Source: a virus (lineage: Duplodnaviria; Caudoviricetes). From it: a stretch of DNA of 25,319 bases. Of the stretch, positions 22,420 through 25,319 are shown piece after piece. The DNA lies in IMG/VR virus record IMGVR_UViG_3300049601_000003, positions 1-25,319 of that record; one strand, 5' to 3'. Made by a program: the position numbers and the translations under genes. Every line of letters begins with the position of its first letter. The stretch's first letter is position 1. The notes below the pieces were generated by a model. That model was not told the origin of the DNA and searched no databases. It saw only the letters and a program-made list of their open reading frames with translations.

Positions 22420-25319
22420 CTAGACAACTCGGCGCTCCAATTCCCAACCCAGCTGTGCCGCGTGGAGGCGCGGGTCGATTTCGTTCGTGTAGACGTTGAT
22501 CGGCGGCAAGCCCCTGGAACTGCTCTCATACCGGTCGGTCTCGCCAGGACTAAGGATGCGCTCGTTTCGACCCGTCTTGTTCATCACGGCGTTCAAACCC
22601 GGACGCAGGTACCCACCAGTGTCTGCGAGCATGATCCTGTATGCCTTGAGTAGCGGGTTCTCCCTGTCGCGCCTATCGAAGTTGTCTTCGAATATAGCGT
22701 CGACAAGTCCACCAGCCTTGAAGCCCGGACGAAGAACGGTACCGCCGCTTCGGACGCCACGCTTGACTCGGGGGCCTTCGTTGCCGCCGATGGTCCCGTA
22801 CGTTGAACCGCCGAGGATCTTCTCGATGATGTTGATGTGTCCCCAGCCGCCGGGGCCTGATCCTCGGTAGGCCATCAGGTCTCCGGGCCTACCAGAGGTG
22901 GACGACACCCGCCTCATAGCGTTAGCGTACCCAGCCACCGCTGCTGTCGGGTAACCCTTGTACAGCTTCTGTGCCTTGGCAGCCTCCACACAGGAGCTGA
23001 CGAACATGGCACACCACGGCGCACCAGGCATACCCCAGCGACTAGTGAACATGTTGTGGTTGTCGGCACCAGTGTCGCCTACACCCAGCCACCGTTGGGC
23101 TGCCCTTACCACGCCGGTGACGCCAGACATCCCGTACTTCTCGAAGATGGCCTTGAAGCCTTGGACCATCATGTCGATCATCTTACGCGGTGCAGCAGAT
23201 ACAACCTGTCCCCACTTGCTGCCCGTGATCTGGCTTAGGGCACGTAGCGGGTACGACAGAAGCTTCTTAACGGCAGCCATCGGGTTGGTGAAGACGTCCT
23301 TGAGGAAGCCGGCAGCTCCCTTGATCTTCCCAATCAGGCCACCATCCTTGAATCCTGGGATAATGCCTTCCCGCATGAAGCCGCTGTTGATAGCATGCAG
23401 GACCGGAAGCCACTTCTTGGTCTGTGCAGCCTTGACAACGAACTCACCGTTGGACAGCCTCGCAGGGATGGAGTCCGACGTAGCAGTACCAGGGCCACGA
23501 ATGTGTCCACCCGTAGCAACCTTGATACCGCCCAGATGGGGCGCCTTGAACTTGCCAGGCAAGTCGACGATGTCGACGGCAGTGTTCCAGGCCTTGGCAA
23601 TACCGTTATTCCAGATCGTGTTGATCAGGAAGTTGACGGGACCAGCAAGGGGCTTCTTAATCCCGTTCCAGATGGCAATGACAGCATCCTTGCCAGCCCG
23701 GAAGCCCGTCTTCATCGCTCCCCAGAAGCGAGTGACAGCACCCCGAATAGCATTCCATGCAGTCTGTGCCACGCTCTTGATGGGACCGAACATGGAGTTC
23801 CAGATGGACTGGACAACGCGTACGCCAGTCTTTACGTACGGTCCGACCCAACGCCAGAACGTTCCAAAGACAGTCTTGATGACTGCCCAGCCGATCTTCG
23901 TCACCGTGGAGGCGATAGTGAAGGCCCACTTGAAGTACCCGACGATAACGTTCCAGGCACCCTTGATGAAGCCCCAGGCCCACTTGAAGAATTCCCAAAT
24001 GGGTTTGATGAACAGCTTCCACTGGATGATCAGGAAGGTCAGGATGATTGCCAGGATCACCTTGAAGATGATGACTACAGCATTCCAGCCTGCCTTGACT
24101 GCATTCCAGATCGGAGGCCATACGGTCTTGAAGAGGTTGGAAAGGAAGTTCCAGGCACCAACGAACACACCCTTGATGCCGTTCCAGAGCGCTGTGAAGT
24201 ACGGCCCCAGTACATTCCAGTTCTTGATGGTCGCCCAGACCATTACCGCTATCTGGGCGATGGCGGCCACTACGCCTAGGATGATCAAGCCTACAGTACC
24301 GAGACTGACACCTGCAGCCGCAGCGGCACCCACCAGCATTAGGATACCGCCAACGACAACAACAATAGCACCCACGACAAGTGCTAGCACACTCACTATC
24401 GCAGTGGCGTAGCCAATCCACTTCTTAGTCGTTGGACTCAGGTTGTTGAACCAGGTTACCAGCTTCATGGTCCACTGGAGAACCTTCATCAGGGCTGGCA
24501 GCAGCGCCTCGCCCATCTCAACCTTGAGTGCCTCGTAGTTGTTCTTCAGCAGCTGAATCTGTGACTGCGGCTGCTTGAACATAATGTCGTAGGCACTCTT
24601 CATCGCGCCCGACGAGTTCTGCATCGACTTTGTAAGACTATTCAAGTCCGTGAAGTTCTTGACAGCCAAGTCGTAGAAACGTCGAGCCTGAATAGTTCCG
24701 CCACTACCCAGGAAGAGCTCATGCAACGCCTTGGCTCGCTCAGGCGCTGACATGTCTTTCATCTTCTTGCCCAGCTCTGTCATGATGGCAGACATGGGCC
24801 GGAACTCGCCACGAGCGTTCTTGACGTTAATGCCGATTTCTTTGAAGTGCTTAACAGTCTTAGGGTTGGCTAGTGCATCCATAGCACGTGCAGCGGACGT
24901 AGCTGCCATCGCGGTGCTGAGACCGTTACGTGTAAGGAATGCCAGCATGCCCGCGAGGTCTTCGATAGACTGTCCAGCACGTGCTGCAGACGGCGTAGCT
25001 CGACCGATCGTCTTGGCGAACTCTGCGTACGTACCAACACCCTTGCGAACCAGTTCGAACATGACGTCATTGACGCGATTCACGTCTTTAGCTGTCATGT
25101 TGTATGCGTTCAGGATACCGATAGTACCGCGCGCTGCGTCAGCGAGATCAACCTGGCCCGCAACAGCGGCCTTAGAAAACTCTGTCAAGAGCTTCTTTGC
25201 ACCCTTCAGGTCCGTATCCATGGACGAGAAGATAGTGAACAGCGTCTCTTGCATCTGCTCAAAGGGTGCAGGGATGGCCTTGGCTACATCAAGGCCTACC
25301 TTCTTGATCTGCTCCAGGG
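22420..25319 (-). CDS. tape measure protein (TP901-like), 5' truncated by the window edge, with a C-terminal CHAP-like domain
   Basis: The frame stays open past 25254 to the edge (LEQIKKVGLDVAKAIPAPFEQMQ...). Contains a PhageMin_Tail-like region, hydrophobic segments, W/F-periodic repeats, ATGG-x-IRGPGT-x-TSDSIPARLSNGEFV, PWCAMFVS...GHI-x-II...IGGN and DTGG-x-L-x-PG..N-x-TG-x2-E. Confidence 0.92.
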   Translation of the reverse strand, partial: LEQIKKVGLDVAKAIPAPFEQMQETLFTIFSSMDTDLKGAKKLLTEFSKAAVAGQVDLADAARGTIGILNAYNMTAKDVNRVNDVMFELVRKGVGTYAEFAKTIGRATPSAARAGQSIEDLAGMLAFLTRNGLSTAMAATSAARAMDALANPKTVKHFKEIGINVKNARGEFRPMSAIMTELGKKMKDMSAPERAKALHELFLGSGGTIQARRFYDLAVKNFTDLNSLTKSMQNSSGAMKSAYDIMFKQPQSQIQLLKNNYEALKVEMGEALLPALMKVLQWTMKLVTWFNNLSPTTKKWIGYATAIVSVLALVVGAIVVVVGGILMLVGAAAAAGVSLGTVGLIILGVVAAIAQIAVMVWATIKNWNVLGPYFTALWNGIKGVFVGAWNFLSNLFKTVWPPIWNAVKAGWNAVVIIFKVILAIILTFLIIQWKLFIKPIWEFFKWAWGFIKGAWNVIVGYFKWAFTIASTVTKIGWAVIKTVFGTFWRWVGPYVKTGVRVVQSIWNSMFGPIKSVAQTAWNAIRGAVTRFWGAMKTGFRAGKDAVIAIWNGIKKPLAGPVNFLINTIWNNGIAKAWNTAVDIVDLPGKFKAPHLGGIKVATGGHIRGPGTATSDSIPARLSNGEFVVKAAQTKKWLPVLHAINSGFMREGIIPGFKDGGLIGKIKGAAGFLKDVFTNPMAAVKKLLSYPLRALSQITGSKWGQVVSAAPRKMIDMMVQGFKAIFEKYGMSGVTGVVRAAQRWLGVGDTGADNHNMFTSRWGMPGAPWCAMFVSSCVEAAKAQKLYKGYPTAAVAGYANAMRRVSSTSGRPGDLMAYRGSGPGGWGHINIIEKILGGSTYGTIGGNEGPRVKRGVRSGGTVLRPGFKAGGLVDAIFEDNFDRRDRENPLLKAYRIMLADTGGYLRPGLNAVMNKTGRNERILSPGETDRYESSSRGLPPINVYTNEIDPRLHAAQLGWELERRVV

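Noticed and set aside
22958-24412. 484-aa + strand ORF and other long overlapping ORFs
   Set aside because: Antisense or alternate-frame shadows of the tape measure gene.
1-25319. Frequent CTAG and other 4-bp palindromes, suggesting no restriction-site avoidance
   Set aside because: A rough look suggests counts near compositional expectation, and this was not quantified. It needs a Markov-model k-mer analysis.
1-25319. CRISPR array, integrase/att site, transposon or reverse transcriptase
   Set aside because: No regularly spaced repeats or corresponding protein motifs were seen in this window.

Overview
Internal 25.3-kb fragment of a GC-rich tailed (siphovirus-type) actinobacteriophage. The host is probably a filamentous actinomycete, inferred from the DUF397/BldB-like genes and the lysis and tail gene types. 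Two convergent transcription arms meet at a 17-bp inverted repeat (16523-16574). The + arm (1-16522) carries tandem DUF397-like genes, a Sak4-like ATPase with a DUF669-like SSB, a 254-nt highly structured non-coding spacer and a RepB-type primase/helicase. It continues with a 7-deazaguanine (preQ0) pathway (queC, queD, queE, folE), two all-alpha NTP-pyrophosphatase-like genes, a TGT/DpdA-like TIM-barrel protein, and a family A DNA polymerase with an N-terminal family-4 UDG-like domain and a LAGLIDADG intein. It ends with an AT-richer palindrome/repeat spacer and a RuvC-like resolvase. The - arm (16591-25319) carries the lysis cassette, minor tail proteins, Dit and a truncated tape measure gene with a C-terminal CHAP domain. 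Best leads: (1) the preQ0 + TGT-like + two NTP-PPase + Tyr762 PolA module, which may install deazaguanine at the nucleotide level; (2) the structured spacer at 2211-2464, whose twin hairpins mimic a tRNA-Asp(GUC) anticodon stem-loop, one carrying the TGT UGU motif; (3) phage-borne BldB-like DUF397 paralogues. All family calls come from motif recognition by eye; no database searches were run.
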